Shown here: in pieces, positions 30,863-40,466 of the stretch | Position numbering within the stretch: position 1 is the stretch's first letter | How the letters are laid out: each line of letters begins with the position of its first letter | From: an uncultured Gemmatimonadales bacterium | GTDB lineage: Bacteria; Gemmatimonadota; Gemmatimonadetes; Longimicrobiales; Longimicrobiaceae | DNA: 64,000 bases | Assembly (NCBI GenBank): GCA_963716255.1 | Contig: OY970303.1 | Coordinates: 992,001 to 1,056,000, forward strand | Direction: 5' to 3' | Program-made: the position numbers and the translations under genes | The notes under the pieces: model-generated | Told to the model about the DNA's origin: nothing | The model's input: the letters and a program-made list of their open reading frames with translations, nothing else | Database searches by the model: none

Positions 30863-31948
30863 CTACAGCCGGTCGTCGCGGCGCTCGTCGCGCAGCCGGG
30901 CATCCTCGCCGTGCGTGTCGGAGTGCAGCGGCGCGGCGCCGCCCGCCGACGAGCCGCCACGCAGCAGCGGGTCCTCGCTCAGCGACGAGTCGCCGCGCAG
31001 CGACGGGTCGCTGTTCAGCGACGTCCCGGAGTGCAGCGGCGCATCCCCGTGCAACGGCAGGTCTCCGCCCAGCGACGAGTCGCCACGCAGCGACGGGTCC
31101 TCGCTCAGGGACGAGTCGGAGCGCATCGACGAGTCGCCGCGCAACGACGTGTCTCCGCCCAGCGGCGAGTCGCCGCGCAGCGACGGGTCGCTGTTCAGCG
31201 ACGTCCCGGAGTGCAGCGGCGCATCCCCGTGCAGCGGCGAGTCCCCACGCAGCGACGAGTCGGAGCGCATGGACGAGCCGGTGTCCAGAGACGAGTCGGA
31301 GCGCATGGACGAGCCGGCGCTCAGCGACGAGTCGCTGCCGCTCGTCGTGCCGCCCAGCCGCTGCTCACCGAGGCTCCGGTCCGCGCCGGAGAGCGGCGGG
31401 GGGGACTCGCTGCTGTCGAGGGTGCGGCGCGCGCCGTAGAAGCGGTTGTCGTCGTACAGGTCGTGCGAGTAGAACTCGGTGTCGCGGGTCGTGTCCGTCG
31501 TATCGGTGGAGGCGAGCCCCGCGGCGCCGGCCGTGGCCGCCGTGCCGGTGGCGCTGTAGCCGGAGTCGAAGCGGCTGCGGACGCTGGTCTCGAAGTCCCG
31601 GGTGATCGGCCCGTGGGTGTACTCCGGGAGCCCGACCACGTCGCTGCTCGCCAGGTTGTCCACGATCACGCGGTCGCTTCCCTCGTCGAGGCGGGCGTAG
31701 CCGATGGGGATGAGCACGTGCCGGTCGGAGGCGTCGGTCGCCCCGGCCACCAGGTCGTTGTCCACGTCCACGTCCAGGTAGCGCACCTTCATCGCCGCGG
31801 TATCGACCAGGAGCTGGTCCACCTCGCCGATCTTGCGCCCGTCCGAGGCGACCACCTCCCATCCGCGCACGTCGGGGTCGCCTTCGGCCACCTTGTAGTC
31901 GTCGAGCTGGTCGAGCGGGACCACGCGGTCGAGATCGTCGTTCATCAT
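30863..31948 (-). CDS. PRC-barrel domain protein with hexapeptide-repeat tail
   Basis: DPDVRGWEVVASDGRKIGEVDQLLVD..VRYLDV..VLIPIG; C-terminal (DSSLRG)-like tandem repeats. Confidence 0.85.
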   Translation of the reverse strand: MMNDDLDRVVPLDQLDDYKVAEGDPDVRGWEVVASDGRKIGEVDQLLVDTAAMKVRYLDVDVDNDLVAGATDASDRHVLIPIGYARLDEGSDRVIVDNLASSDVVGLPEYTHGPITRDFETSVRSRFDSGYSATGTAATAGAAGLASTDTTDTTRDTEFYSHDLYDDNRFYGARRTLDSSESPPPLSGADRSLGEQRLGGTTSGSDSSLSAGSSMRSDSSLDTGSSMRSDSSLRGDSPLHGDAPLHSGTSLNSDPSLRGDSPLGGDTSLRGDSSMRSDSSLSEDPSLRGDSSLGGDLPLHGDAPLHSGTSLNSDPSLRGDSSLSEDPLLRGGSSAGGAAPLHSDTHGEDARLRDERRDDRL

Positions 31949-32123
31949 GGAAGCCTCCCTGAAGTTCGGTGTCGCAAGTTCGGCAGAGATCGGGATTTAG
32001 GAGCGTCCCACCCCCTCCGCCCCGGGGCTTGAGGGCTTATGCAACCATCGTTCCAGGGGGAAACAGAACCGGGCGCAGATCCATCTGCGCCCGGTATGCC
32101 ACGCTCCCCGCCTCCTCACCCCG

Positions 32124-32297
32124 TCACTGGCTGGGCGCCGCGGGCGCCTCCACCGTGGTCTCGTCCACCACCACCGTCTCGTCGTCGTCGCCGCCCAGCA
32201 TTTCGCTCGCCCCCCAGATCAGGAGCGCGAGCACGAGAAGGCCGACGATCCACGGCCAGATGCTCCGCTGCTTGCGCTCTACATTGATGTCCGCCAT
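32124..32297 (-). CDS. Small membrane protein
   Basis: MADINVERKQRSIWPWIVGLLVLALLIW; AGGAG RBS upstream. Confidence 0.7.
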   Translation of the reverse strand: MADINVERKQRSIWPWIVGLLVLALLIWGASEMLGGDDDETVVVDETTVEAPAAPSQ

Positions 32298-32531
32298 GAC
32301 CCTTCTCCTTGGCTTGGGTTTGCGCCCACAGCCCGCGCCCGCTCGTTCCCGAGCCGCGGTGCCGAAAGGCCGGCGGGCCGGACCCGTTGTCCGCCGCCCG
32401 CGGGCCGCCGGAGTTGCAAGGACCGCGCCCTCTTCACCGTGCCGGGCGGTCCCGCTCTTGCCGGGCGACGGGGGACATCGCGCGGAGCTCTTAATCGCCG
32501 CGCCCGGGGGAACGCGAGCGAGGAGGCGGGG

Positions 32532-33488
32532 ATGGAGCGGTGGCCGAGGCGGCTGGGCTTCGCGGTGAAGGTGACGGGGCGTCCCGACATGAAAAGCAAC
32601 GACGCGCGCAAGTGGCAGTCGGGGCCGCACCTGCGCGTCTCCATCGGGTACCTGCGCGCCATCCTGGACTACCTGGAGGAGATCGACGTGCGGATGTACC
32701 GCATCTCCTCGGACTTCGCGCCATACGCCACCCACCCGGAGATGCCGCAGTTCCACGGTCAGGTGCGCGAGTGCGCGGCGGAGCTGGCGGAGGTGGGACG
32801 GGTCGCGCGGGAGCGGGGGATCCGCCTGTCCATGCACCCCTCGCAGTACGTGCTGCTCAGCGCCGTGAACCCGGAGATCACCGCCAAGGGGATCGCGGAC
32901 GTGGACTCGCAGGCGGCGCTGCTGGACGCCATGGAGCAGGGGCCGGAGGCGGTGGTGGTGCTGCACCTGGGGGGCGCCTACGGCGACAAGGACGCGGCCA
33001 TGGCCCGCTTCGTGGAGAGCTGGCCTCGCCTGTCGGAGGGGGGGCGGCGCCGGCTGGTGATCGAGAACGACGAGACCATCTACACGGTGGAGGACTGCCT
33101 GCGCGTGCACGAGGCGGTGGGGGTCCCGGTGATCTTCGACCACCAGCACCACAACCTCAACCCCGGCTCGCTCCCCGTGGGCGAGGCCGCGCGCCGCGCG
33201 CTCGCCACCTGGCCCGCCGCCGTGACGCCCAAGATCCATTTCAGCTCGCCGCGGATGGACTCGCGCATCGTCACCCGCGGCAAGCGCGACGTGGAGGCCC
33301 CCCCTCTGCTCTCCCAGCACGCGGACTACGTGAACCCCTGGGAGTTCGCCGGCTTCCTGCGCGAGGTGGGCCCCGAAGCCGACTTCGACGTGATGCTGGA
33401 GGCCAAGATGAAGGACTCGGCGCTGCTGAAGCTGCGGCGGGACCTGACGAAGTACCGGCTGTGGGGAGGGGGGAACGGAAGTGCGTGA
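32532..33488 (+). CDS. uvsE: UV DNA damage endonuclease
   Basis: YRISSD, RLSMHPSQY, LHLGGAYG, IENDE, FDHQHH, KIHFSS, HADY, MLEAKMKD. Confidence 0.9.
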   Translation: MERWPRRLGFAVKVTGRPDMKSNDARKWQSGPHLRVSIGYLRAILDYLEEIDVRMYRISSDFAPYATHPEMPQFHGQVRECAAELAEVGRVARERGIRLSMHPSQYVLLSAVNPEITAKGIADVDSQAALLDAMEQGPEAVVVLHLGGAYGDKDAAMARFVESWPRLSEGGRRRLVIENDETIYTVEDCLRVHEAVGVPVIFDHQHHNLNPGSLPVGEAARRALATWPAAVTPKIHFSSPRMDSRIVTRGKRDVEAPPLLSQHADYVNPWEFAGFLREVGPEADFDVMLEAKMKDSALLKLRRDLTKYRLWGGGNGSA

Positions 33489-33677
33489 TTACGAAAGTTC
33501 GTGAGTGCGGAGTTGACCGGCGGCCCGGCGCGTCGTACGCGCCGTGCCGCTCGCCGGCAGTGAGGCCGGCCCATCGCGTTCACGAGGTCGTTGCCTTCCG
33601 ACGGAATGGCGCTTAACGTGCCCGCTGCCTCCTGCGCCGCACCTCGCGTGGGTCTACCGCCTTCACCGGAGGACGTC

Positions 33678-33908
33678 ATGAGCCGTTCGTGGATCCGCTT
33701 GCGTCGAGTGCTTTTCGGGGTCTCCTGCGCGGTCGTGTTCGGGGTGGGCGCCGCCGATGCGACCGCGGCGGGCAGCGAGAAGCTGGCGATGGCCTGTTCC
33801 TGCAGGGCGAGCCCGTACCCCTATCTCGTCTTCTGCTCGCAGTGTCCCAGCGGCGTCGCCCGGTGCGATGGCAGAAGCCTGACCCCGGTCTGCGAGGACT
33901 CACGCTAG
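33678..33908 (+). CDS. Small secreted Cys-rich peptide
   Basis: GGAGG RBS; signal-like leader ending ADATA; six Cys in the mature region. Confidence 0.6.
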   Translation: MSRSWIRLRRVLFGVSCAVVFGVGAADATAAGSEKLAMACSCRASPYPYLVFCSQCPSGVARCDGRSLTPVCEDSR

Positions 33909-34032
33909 CCTGCCGGTCACCTGAACGGCAGGCCACGATGGAAGATCGGCCCCGCGCTCCGGAAGCGCGGGGCCGACTTCGTTCCGTGCAGCGGGACGTC
34001 GCGCTCCCGCACGCTCCCGGCGAATCCCCGGG

Positions 34033-34560
34033 TCAGCCGGCGCGCAGCTGCTCCAGCACCTCGCTGCCGGCGAGACCATCCATCTCGGTGCGCACGGGGA
34101 AGGTGAGCACGCCGGCGGCACGCTCGGCGAACACCTCCTTGACCCGGGACACGTCGTGCTCCTCCACCAGCACCACGTACGCGGAGCTGTCGCGGGGGAT
34201 CGCCTCGGCCACGCGGGCCAGGTCGTCGGCGGGGATGATGCGGCCGGCGAAGTGGCCCACCAGCCCGCCCAGGATCCCCCCGGCCGCGACCATGGCCAGC
34301 AGCACCCACGGCCCGCCCACCAGCCCCAGGATCGTGGCCGCCGCCACGCCGAAGCTCCCTCCCACGACCGCGGCGCCCGGATCGTGCACGTGCACCTTGC
34401 CGTTTGCCTCGTGCGAGACGAGCGCGTCGGCCTCCACCTCGTCGTGGTGCCAGCCCTCGGCCTTCATGTCGCGGACGGCCTCGTGGGCGCCGTGCACGCC
34501 CGGGAAGCGGAAGAGGACGATGCAGAGCTGAGGGACGTGCCATTCGGTTTCGTCCGCCAT
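34033..34560 (-). CDS. DUF1269-like glycine-zipper membrane protein
   Basis: GGSFGVAAATILGLVGGP..GGILGGLVG, AEAIPRDSSAYVVL; GGAGG RBS. Confidence 0.65.
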   Translation of the reverse strand: MADETEWHVPQLCIVLFRFPGVHGAHEAVRDMKAEGWHHDEVEADALVSHEANGKVHVHDPGAAVVGGSFGVAAATILGLVGGPWVLLAMVAAGGILGGLVGHFAGRIIPADDLARVAEAIPRDSSAYVVLVEEHDVSRVKEVFAERAAGVLTFPVRTEMDGLAGSEVLEQLRAG

Positions 34561-34893
34561 GGTGCACCTCCAGGGCAGGGCCCGGCGAGGGTGAACGGCG
34601 AAGCGCGCCCCGGGCGCCGGTGGGACCCGGTGCCGGAGGCGCGCTCGGTAGGGACGGTGCCGAGTGATCCCATGGGATCGCCTCGCGCTGCGGGAGACCG
34701 GAGGCGCGCTCGCCGCCCGGGAACGGCGTGCTCCCGCGGGCGCTCTGGCGGCGGCTCCGGGTGTCGGAACCAAGTTATGTAGAGGGATGCGCCGGTCCAA
34801 GGAATTCGGTGCGGGCCCCCGCCCGGCTCGCTCGAGGCTCGCCACCCTCCCCGATTCTGGGGGCCGAACGCCGCCCCGAGCCTCGCTTGTCGG

Positions 34894-35664
34894 TCAGTTG
34901 CAGAGCGATCGGTCAACGTACCGCTTCCGCCCGCTCGCAGAGTAGGTATAGCACCCACCACGCGGGCCCGTGTAATACCCGCGGTCCGCAGCGCTGTAGC
35001 TTGGTCGACCGCTACCGGCCGAGCTGCCGTAGCCGGCGCGCCGCGAGGTGGAACTCGCCGCTCGCGGCGCGTAGGAGCGCACCTGTTCGCTGGCCCGGTA
35101 CAGGTAACCCGCCGGGACCCCGCTCCCACCGGGCAAAAACACTGCGGCCCATCCGTTCGTGTCCTTCGGCCCAAGGCGGACACGCTCCCCTCGCTTCACG
35201 GTCCAAAGCACGGCGTGCTCTTCGCCTGGCCCGCTCCGCACGTTCATCGCAGAGTGGACGTAGAAGTCGTCCTTTGCCCCGCCCGGTGCTACAGCTGTAT
35301 CAGCGACGTACAGGCCATTTCCACCGTACGGCTCCGGGTTGATCACCGATTCGTCGTTCGAGAACATGCCCGCCACCATCACCAAGAGGATGAAGCCGAG
35401 CATCCCCATGCACCCACACCCCATGCACCCGGATTGAGTAGAGCCCGCGGTCGGGTCTCCTGGACCTGGGGCTGCACCGCCGCCGCCGATCTTCTCCCGG
35501 TAGCTCAGGCCCGTCCCCGGTATCCCCGCGTTCACATACGTGCCCCGCTGGCCGATGTTGATGCTGGCGCCCCGTCCGCCGATGGTCGTGCTGAGCCCCT
35601 TCTTGCCCACGTTCAGGCGGACGCCGGGCGCGATCTTGAACGAGCGCCGGAAGCGGAATCCCAT
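34894..35664 (-). CDS. DUF4236 + TM + SH3b domain protein
   Basis: MGFRFRRSFKIAPGVRLN..GIPGTGLSY (DUF4236); MNVRSGPG (SH3b); C-terminal TGPRGGCY..SGRKRYV. Confidence 0.8.
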   Translation of the reverse strand: MGFRFRRSFKIAPGVRLNVGKKGLSTTIGGRGASINIGQRGTYVNAGIPGTGLSYREKIGGGGAAPGPGDPTAGSTQSGCMGCGCMGMLGFILLVMVAGMFSNDESVINPEPYGGNGLYVADTAVAPGGAKDDFYVHSAMNVRSGPGEEHAVLWTVKRGERVRLGPKDTNGWAAVFLPGGSGVPAGYLYRASEQVRSYAPRAASSTSRRAGYGSSAGSGRPSYSAADRGYYTGPRGGCYTYSASGRKRYVDRSLCN

Positions 35665-35668
35665 GGCA

Positions 35669-36811
35669 TCATCCCAGGTCGGCAATCCGCGCCCGATACG
35701 CGGCGAGCAGTTGAGCGTCCACGTCCTGCAGGTTGTCGGTCTGAACCGACTCGCCGCCCGTGAATTCAAAACGGTAGCGCGGGCTGGAACCCTCCCAGAA
35801 GTTGAACAGCTTCCCCTTACGCTCCTGCTTGTAGCAGACCGAGAACACCGTCTTATAGTCCATCGGGAACAGGTGCCGAAGGCGGGTAAACGCTTCCTCG
35901 TCTCCACCAACCAGGAACGCGAGCCGGCTACGGACATGCTCGAAGACTGCCCGCTCCGTGTCAGTCGTGACCACAGCGGCGGCATCTTCCTTTCTCGCTT
36001 CCGGCACCACCTCTGGCGTGGGTGCAGGTGCGGCGCCCACGGCTTCCGGCGCGGCGGGCCTCACCCTCACCAGATCCTCCCGGTCAGCGAATCCGACACG
36101 CTCCAGAAGGCGACGGTCGAGCACCGTCTGTAATGCGTTGGCGATGATCGGCGTACGCTCCTCGATCAGCCGATTCGTGCGGCGGCCATCGATCTGCGAG
36201 AGGTCCATCAGCAGCCGGACGAACGACTCCCCGGGCGCGTCAAAGTTGGTTTCCAGAGCGGCGACGTAGCTGGCCGTGTACAGCCTGCGGCGAGCGTCGG
36301 CGCCGACGTCCGCCGGGTTGAACGCATCCCGCCGCAACTTCATCAGCGCGTCCAGCGCGTTTCCAGGCACCCGCTCCTGCGCTACCTCTGACAGGTCCAC
36401 CGTCACGAAGGGCTGGTCGTCCATCATGTTCTCCAGCCCCGTATCCGTGTAGAGCTGCCACACCAGGCCGTCCGTCAGGATCCCGAGCTTCACCGAAGGG
36501 ACAGCATTGTAGTAGCCCTTCAGCTCCCCGCGGTTGGCCTCGGACAGCGTGCCGACCTTCTTGCTCTCAACGGCGATAACCGGCTCGAATCCCTTACATA
36601 TGGCAAAGTCTACCCGGTTCTTGAACTTGTCGGAGAATGATGCGTGCGCCTCCGGAATGATCTCGTCCGGGTTGAGCGGATCGTACCCGAGCAGCTGGAA
36701 GAAGGGGAGCACCAGGTACTGATTCGTTGCCGCTTCAGTGAGGGCGCGGCCGGCGCGGTCGAGCGAGGTCTGGGCGTGGGCGATGAGGCGGGCGCGGAAG
36801 TCTTCCGACAT
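35669..36811 (-). CDS. HsdR N-terminal-like (PD-(D/E)xK) nuclease domain protein
   Basis: TEAATNQYLVLPFFQLLGYD, RVDFAI, VESKK, GILTDGLVWQLYTD, MDDQPF. Confidence 0.8.
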   Translation of the reverse strand: MSEDFRARLIAHAQTSLDRAGRALTEAATNQYLVLPFFQLLGYDPLNPDEIIPEAHASFSDKFKNRVDFAICKGFEPVIAVESKKVGTLSEANRGELKGYYNAVPSVKLGILTDGLVWQLYTDTGLENMMDDQPFVTVDLSEVAQERVPGNALDALMKLRRDAFNPADVGADARRRLYTASYVAALETNFDAPGESFVRLLMDLSQIDGRRTNRLIEERTPIIANALQTVLDRRLLERVGFADREDLVRVRPAAPEAVGAAPAPTPEVVPEARKEDAAAVVTTDTERAVFEHVRSRLAFLVGGDEEAFTRLRHLFPMDYKTVFSVCYKQERKGKLFNFWEGSSPRYRFEFTGGESVQTDNLQDVDAQLLAAYRARIADLG

Positions 36812-37096
36812 CAATAGCTCCGGAGCGGGTGGCAGGTGGAACCAGGCGGGGAGCCGCAGGGGAAATCCAGCGCGTGCGGGAGAATCGCACGCTAACACCG
36901 AACAATTTTGCGTGGAAGGGCGACTGCGTCCCATTCTACGCGGTAGACTCAGGCGGGGAGCCGTGCCGTGTGGGTGCAATGTGCGCATCAGAAAGCAGGA
37001 CGGGAAAGATGGCCCGCAAATAGGGAAGCTCGCAAATCCGTGGAAAGAGAGTGGAATTGTCAGCCCGCCCTGTATGCCTGCCGACGCGAGCCGTTG

Positions 37097-37253
37097 CAGT
37101 TCCGCAGTACCCCCATGATCTGTTGCGGAGGGAGACAGCCGGGCAGTTTCGGCTGGCTCCCTCCGGCGGAGCGAGACACGGGGCCGTTTCCGTGGCTCGC
37201 GGAGCCCGCGTAGGAAACAGGCCGGCAGTTTGGCCTGGTTCCGGAGCGGCCCC
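37097..37253 (+). repeat. Three-hairpin repeat, family B copy 1
   Basis: Leader cagttccgcagtacc, three GAGAC/GAAAC-stem-GGCNGTTT-stem-GG(C/T)TC units, tail cggagcggccc. Confidence 0.85.
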
Positions 37254-37316
37254 AACGCAGGAGGCCGCCCCGGACACCCCGGAGCGGCCTCGAACGACTC
37301 GCCTGACTCTGAAGGA

Positions 37317-38399
37317 TCAGCCCGCCGCGGCCAGCGACCCCGGCTTGTCCAGGTACTGCTTGAACATGCCCTTGTCGTGGGCCTTGGCGTACGCCTCCTC
37401 CGCCTCCACCTGCCCGGACATGAGCAGCGCCAGGATGGACTGGTCCATCTGGACCATCCCGTCCTTCTTGCCGGTCTGGATCAGTGACGGGATCTGGAAG
37501 GTCTTTCCCTCACGGATCATGTTGGCGATGGCCGGCGTCCCCACCAGGATCTCGTGCGCCGCCGCCCGCCCGGAGCCCCCCTTCTTGCGCAGGAGCTGCT
37601 GCGCCACCACCCCCCGCAGCGACTCGGAGAGCATGGCCCGCACCTGCTCCTGCTGGTCGGCGGGAAAGGTGTCGATGATGCGGTCCACCGTCTTGTGCGC
37701 GCTGTTGGTGTGCAGTGTCCCGAAGACCAGGTGCCCCGTTTCGGCGGCGGTGAGGCCCAGCGAAATGGTCTCGCGGTCGCGCATCTCGCCCACCAGGATC
37801 ACGTCCGGGTCCTCGCGCAGCGCCGCCTTGAGCGCCGACGCGAAGCTCTGCGTGTGCGGCCCCACCTCGCGCTGGTTCACCAGCGCCTTCTTGTTGGGGT
37901 GCACGAACTCGATGGGGTCCTCCACCGTGAGGATGTGCTCCGGGCGCGTTTCGTTGATCAGGTCGATCATCGCCGCCAGGGTGGTGGACTTCCCCGAGCC
38001 GGTGGGCCCGGTCACCAGCACCAGCCCCTTGTTGAGGCGGGTGAAGGCGCGGATCGCCTCCGGCAGCTTCAGGTCGTCCGCGGAAAGCACCTTGGAGGGG
38101 ATGACGCGGAAGACCGCGCCCATCCCCCGGTGCTGCATGAACACGTTGCCGCGGAAGCGCGCCGTCCCCGGGATCTCGTAGGCGAAGTCCAGGTCGCGCG
38201 TGGCGTCGTAGCGCTCCTTCTGCTCGGGGCGCAGGATCTCGAAGAGGAGCGTCTGCATGTCCGCGGCGGCCAGGTCGCGGAACTTGATGCGCTGCAGGTG
38301 GCCGTGCACCCGCATCACCGGCGGGCTCCCGCAGCTGAGGTGCAGGTCCGAGCCCCCGTGCTGGACGAGGAGCTTGAGGAACTGGTCAATCTGCGGCAT
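37317..38399 (-). CDS. pilT: Type IV pilus retraction ATPase
   Basis: SDLHL, GPTGSGKST, EDPIE, REDPD, GTLHT, AIANMIRE. Confidence 0.93.
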   Translation of the reverse strand: MPQIDQFLKLLVQHGGSDLHLSCGSPPVMRVHGHLQRIKFRDLAAADMQTLLFEILRPEQKERYDATRDLDFAYEIPGTARFRGNVFMQHRGMGAVFRVIPSKVLSADDLKLPEAIRAFTRLNKGLVLVTGPTGSGKSTTLAAMIDLINETRPEHILTVEDPIEFVHPNKKALVNQREVGPHTQSFASALKAALREDPDVILVGEMRDRETISLGLTAAETGHLVFGTLHTNSAHKTVDRIIDTFPADQQEQVRAMLSESLRGVVAQQLLRKKGGSGRAAAHEILVGTPAIANMIREGKTFQIPSLIQTGKKDGMVQMDQSILALLMSGQVEAEEAYAKAHDKGMFKQYLDKPGSLAAAG

Positions 38400-39606
38400 C
38401 TGCGGCCTCGTGGCGTGTCCAGAGCAGGGCGTCTCCCTCGCGGCGGAGGACGAGACGGAAATCGGCGTCGGCGGCGGCCCCGCCGCGAAGGCGGGCCACC
38501 ACCAGCGGAGCGGCGTGGCGCGCGGCTTCGACGTCGGTGGGCGCGGCCGCGGCCGCGGCCACGTCCAGCGACAGCGCGTCGAGCGCGAAGGGGTGGAGTG
38601 CGGCCAGCGACTCGCGCAGCGACTCGCCCACCGGCACGGTGATGGCGGCGCCGGCGGCCGCCGCCGCGCCGTCCGACAGGTGCACCGAGCGGGGCTCGCG
38701 CTCCAGCAGCAGCGCCGGGAGCCCGGGGAGGGCGCGCTCCAGCGCCGCCTCGTCGTCGGACCCCGCCTCCACCACCACGGTCCCGTGGCGCAGCGCGCGG
38801 GCCACGGCGGCGCGCGCGTCGGGGTCCACCCAGGCGGCCGGCTCGGCGGTCTCCTGCCCGGTGATCCGCGCGGCCCACTCCAGCGCAGCGCCCTCGCCCA
38901 CGGCGTGGCACTCCGCGCTCCACGCCAGCCCGGACAGCGAGATGCGCGCCGACCAGCGGCGCACTCCGGGCGCGGAGGTGGAATCGGGGAAGGGCGACAC
39001 CAGGCGCGCCAGCTCGGCGAGCACGTCGCCGTCCAGCGCGCGGTGCGTCACCGCCTGCCGCCGCGACCAGCCGCCGGCGTGCCCGGGACGGACGGACACG
39101 CCCACCTCCTCGGCGCCGGACTCCAGCGCCTCCAGCAGGAAGCGGAGCACGGGGACGGGCGAGATGTCCGGCTCGCCGTGCACCGCGTCGATCAGCGCGC
39201 GCAGCGTCGCGGGGGTGGCAAGCGCCGCCTCCACGTTGGCGGCGCCCGTGAACTGCTGCACCTCGATCAGCCGCCCCAGGTCGCGCGGGTCCGAGAGCAC
39301 TACCGTGACCGTGTCGCCGTCGCGCAGCACCGGGAGCACCAGGTGCTCGCGCGCCCACCCGGACGGGACCAGCGACGCCACGCTGCGGTCGATGCCGTCC
39401 GGTCGCAGGTTGACGAAGGGAAGGTCGTACTGGTCGGCGAGCCCCCACTTCACCTCGGCGGGGGTGGCCAGCTCCAGCGCCACGAGCGCATCGCCGAAGT
39501 ACCCGCCCCACTCGCGCTGGTAGGCGAGGGCGCGCTCCACGTCGTCGGGGGAGATCCGGCCCAGTCCCACCAGGATCTCGCCGATGGTTGTGCTCCTCTT
39601 GCGCAT
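38386..39606 (-). CDS. PilB/GspE N-terminal (MshEN-like) domain protein with degenerate C-terminus
   Basis: IGEILVGLGRISPDDVERALAYQ..FGDALV motif, AREHLVLP..SDP; no Walker A visible. Confidence 0.7.
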   Translation of the reverse strand: MRKRSTTIGEILVGLGRISPDDVERALAYQREWGGYFGDALVALELATPAEVKWGLADQYDLPFVNLRPDGIDRSVASLVPSGWAREHLVLPVLRDGDTVTVVLSDPRDLGRLIEVQQFTGAANVEAALATPATLRALIDAVHGEPDISPVPVLRFLLEALESGAEEVGVSVRPGHAGGWSRRQAVTHRALDGDVLAELARLVSPFPDSTSAPGVRRWSARISLSGLAWSAECHAVGEGAALEWAARITGQETAEPAAWVDPDARAAVARALRHGTVVVEAGSDDEAALERALPGLPALLLEREPRSVHLSDGAAAAAGAAITVPVGESLRESLAALHPFALDALSLDVAAAAAAPTDVEAARHAAPLVVARLRGGAAADADFRLVLRREGDALLWTRHEAADAAD

Positions 39607-39752
39607 GCTCTCTTCGGAAGCTCGGCCGGTGCGCCGGGGCGGCCCGCCGGAGGGCGGGCGCGCGCGGCGCGGGAATTCGCGGCGGGGGGCGCCGCCGTGC
39701 GGCTACGCCCCCGCCGTGTCCAAGTATCGGCAGGTGCGGCCGCCCGCCGGCA

Positions 39753-40466
39753 TCACGCGCCGGGGGCCGGCACCCGCCCGAGCGCCTCCAGGGCGAGCGC
39801 GACCTCCGGGCCGATCTGCTCCGGCAGGACGGGGGCCTCGATGATGATCGGCACGCGGCGCGGGATCAGTTCCGCGATCTCCCGGCAGGCGCGGACCGCC
39901 GCCCGCGTGAGGCGGACGTGCGCGCTGGCCCCGTCCAGCTCGCTGACGTGCACCTGGGCGAGCCGGCCGCCGAACTCGCGCAGGATGTCGCGGGCCCCGT
40001 CCATCGACGGGTCGAGCTGGCGCGCGTGGGCGACGTCGAAGCAGAGCGTCGCCTCCGGGACGCGCCCGAACACGGTCCTCAGCTCCTCCGCCGTGCGCCC
40101 GGCGGACTTGCGCCGGTCCATGTTCTCGATGCAGAGCAGCGGGCCGAAGCCGTCCCATCGCTCCCAGCGGTGCACCGCGTCGGGGTGGACGATCACCGGC
40201 CACCCGCGCCGCAGCGCCAGCTCCCGCAGCGCGGCCGCGGCCGCCGCCTCGTCCCGCTCCGCGAAGGCGCTGGGGGCGTGCACGGACACGTGGGCGAACC
40301 GGGACAGGTCGAGCGCGGGGATCGCCGCCAGCAGCGGCGCCAGCTCGCTCCACCGCAGCGCGGACAGCTCGACCGCCGTGGTGCTCCCGCCGGCCAGCAG
40401 CGCCAGGGCGGAGCGGAAGTCGGACGCCGCCAGGGAGCCGGTGGAAAAGCCGATGGGCTCCATCAT
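39753..40466 (-). CDS. Hypothetical TIM-barrel metalloenzyme (AP endonuclease 2/xylose isomerase-like)
   Basis: SVHAP, VHPD, IENMD, FDVAHA, HVSE, IIE metal-ligand pattern; TGATG coupling to the upstream gene. Confidence 0.65.
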   Translation of the reverse strand: MMEPIGFSTGSLAASDFRSALALLAGGSTTAVELSALRWSELAPLLAAIPALDLSRFAHVSVHAPSAFAERDEAAAAAALRELALRRGWPVIVHPDAVHRWERWDGFGPLLCIENMDRRKSAGRTAEELRTVFGRVPEATLCFDVAHARQLDPSMDGARDILREFGGRLAQVHVSELDGASAHVRLTRAAVRACREIAELIPRRVPIIIEAPVLPEQIGPEVALALEALGRVPAPGA

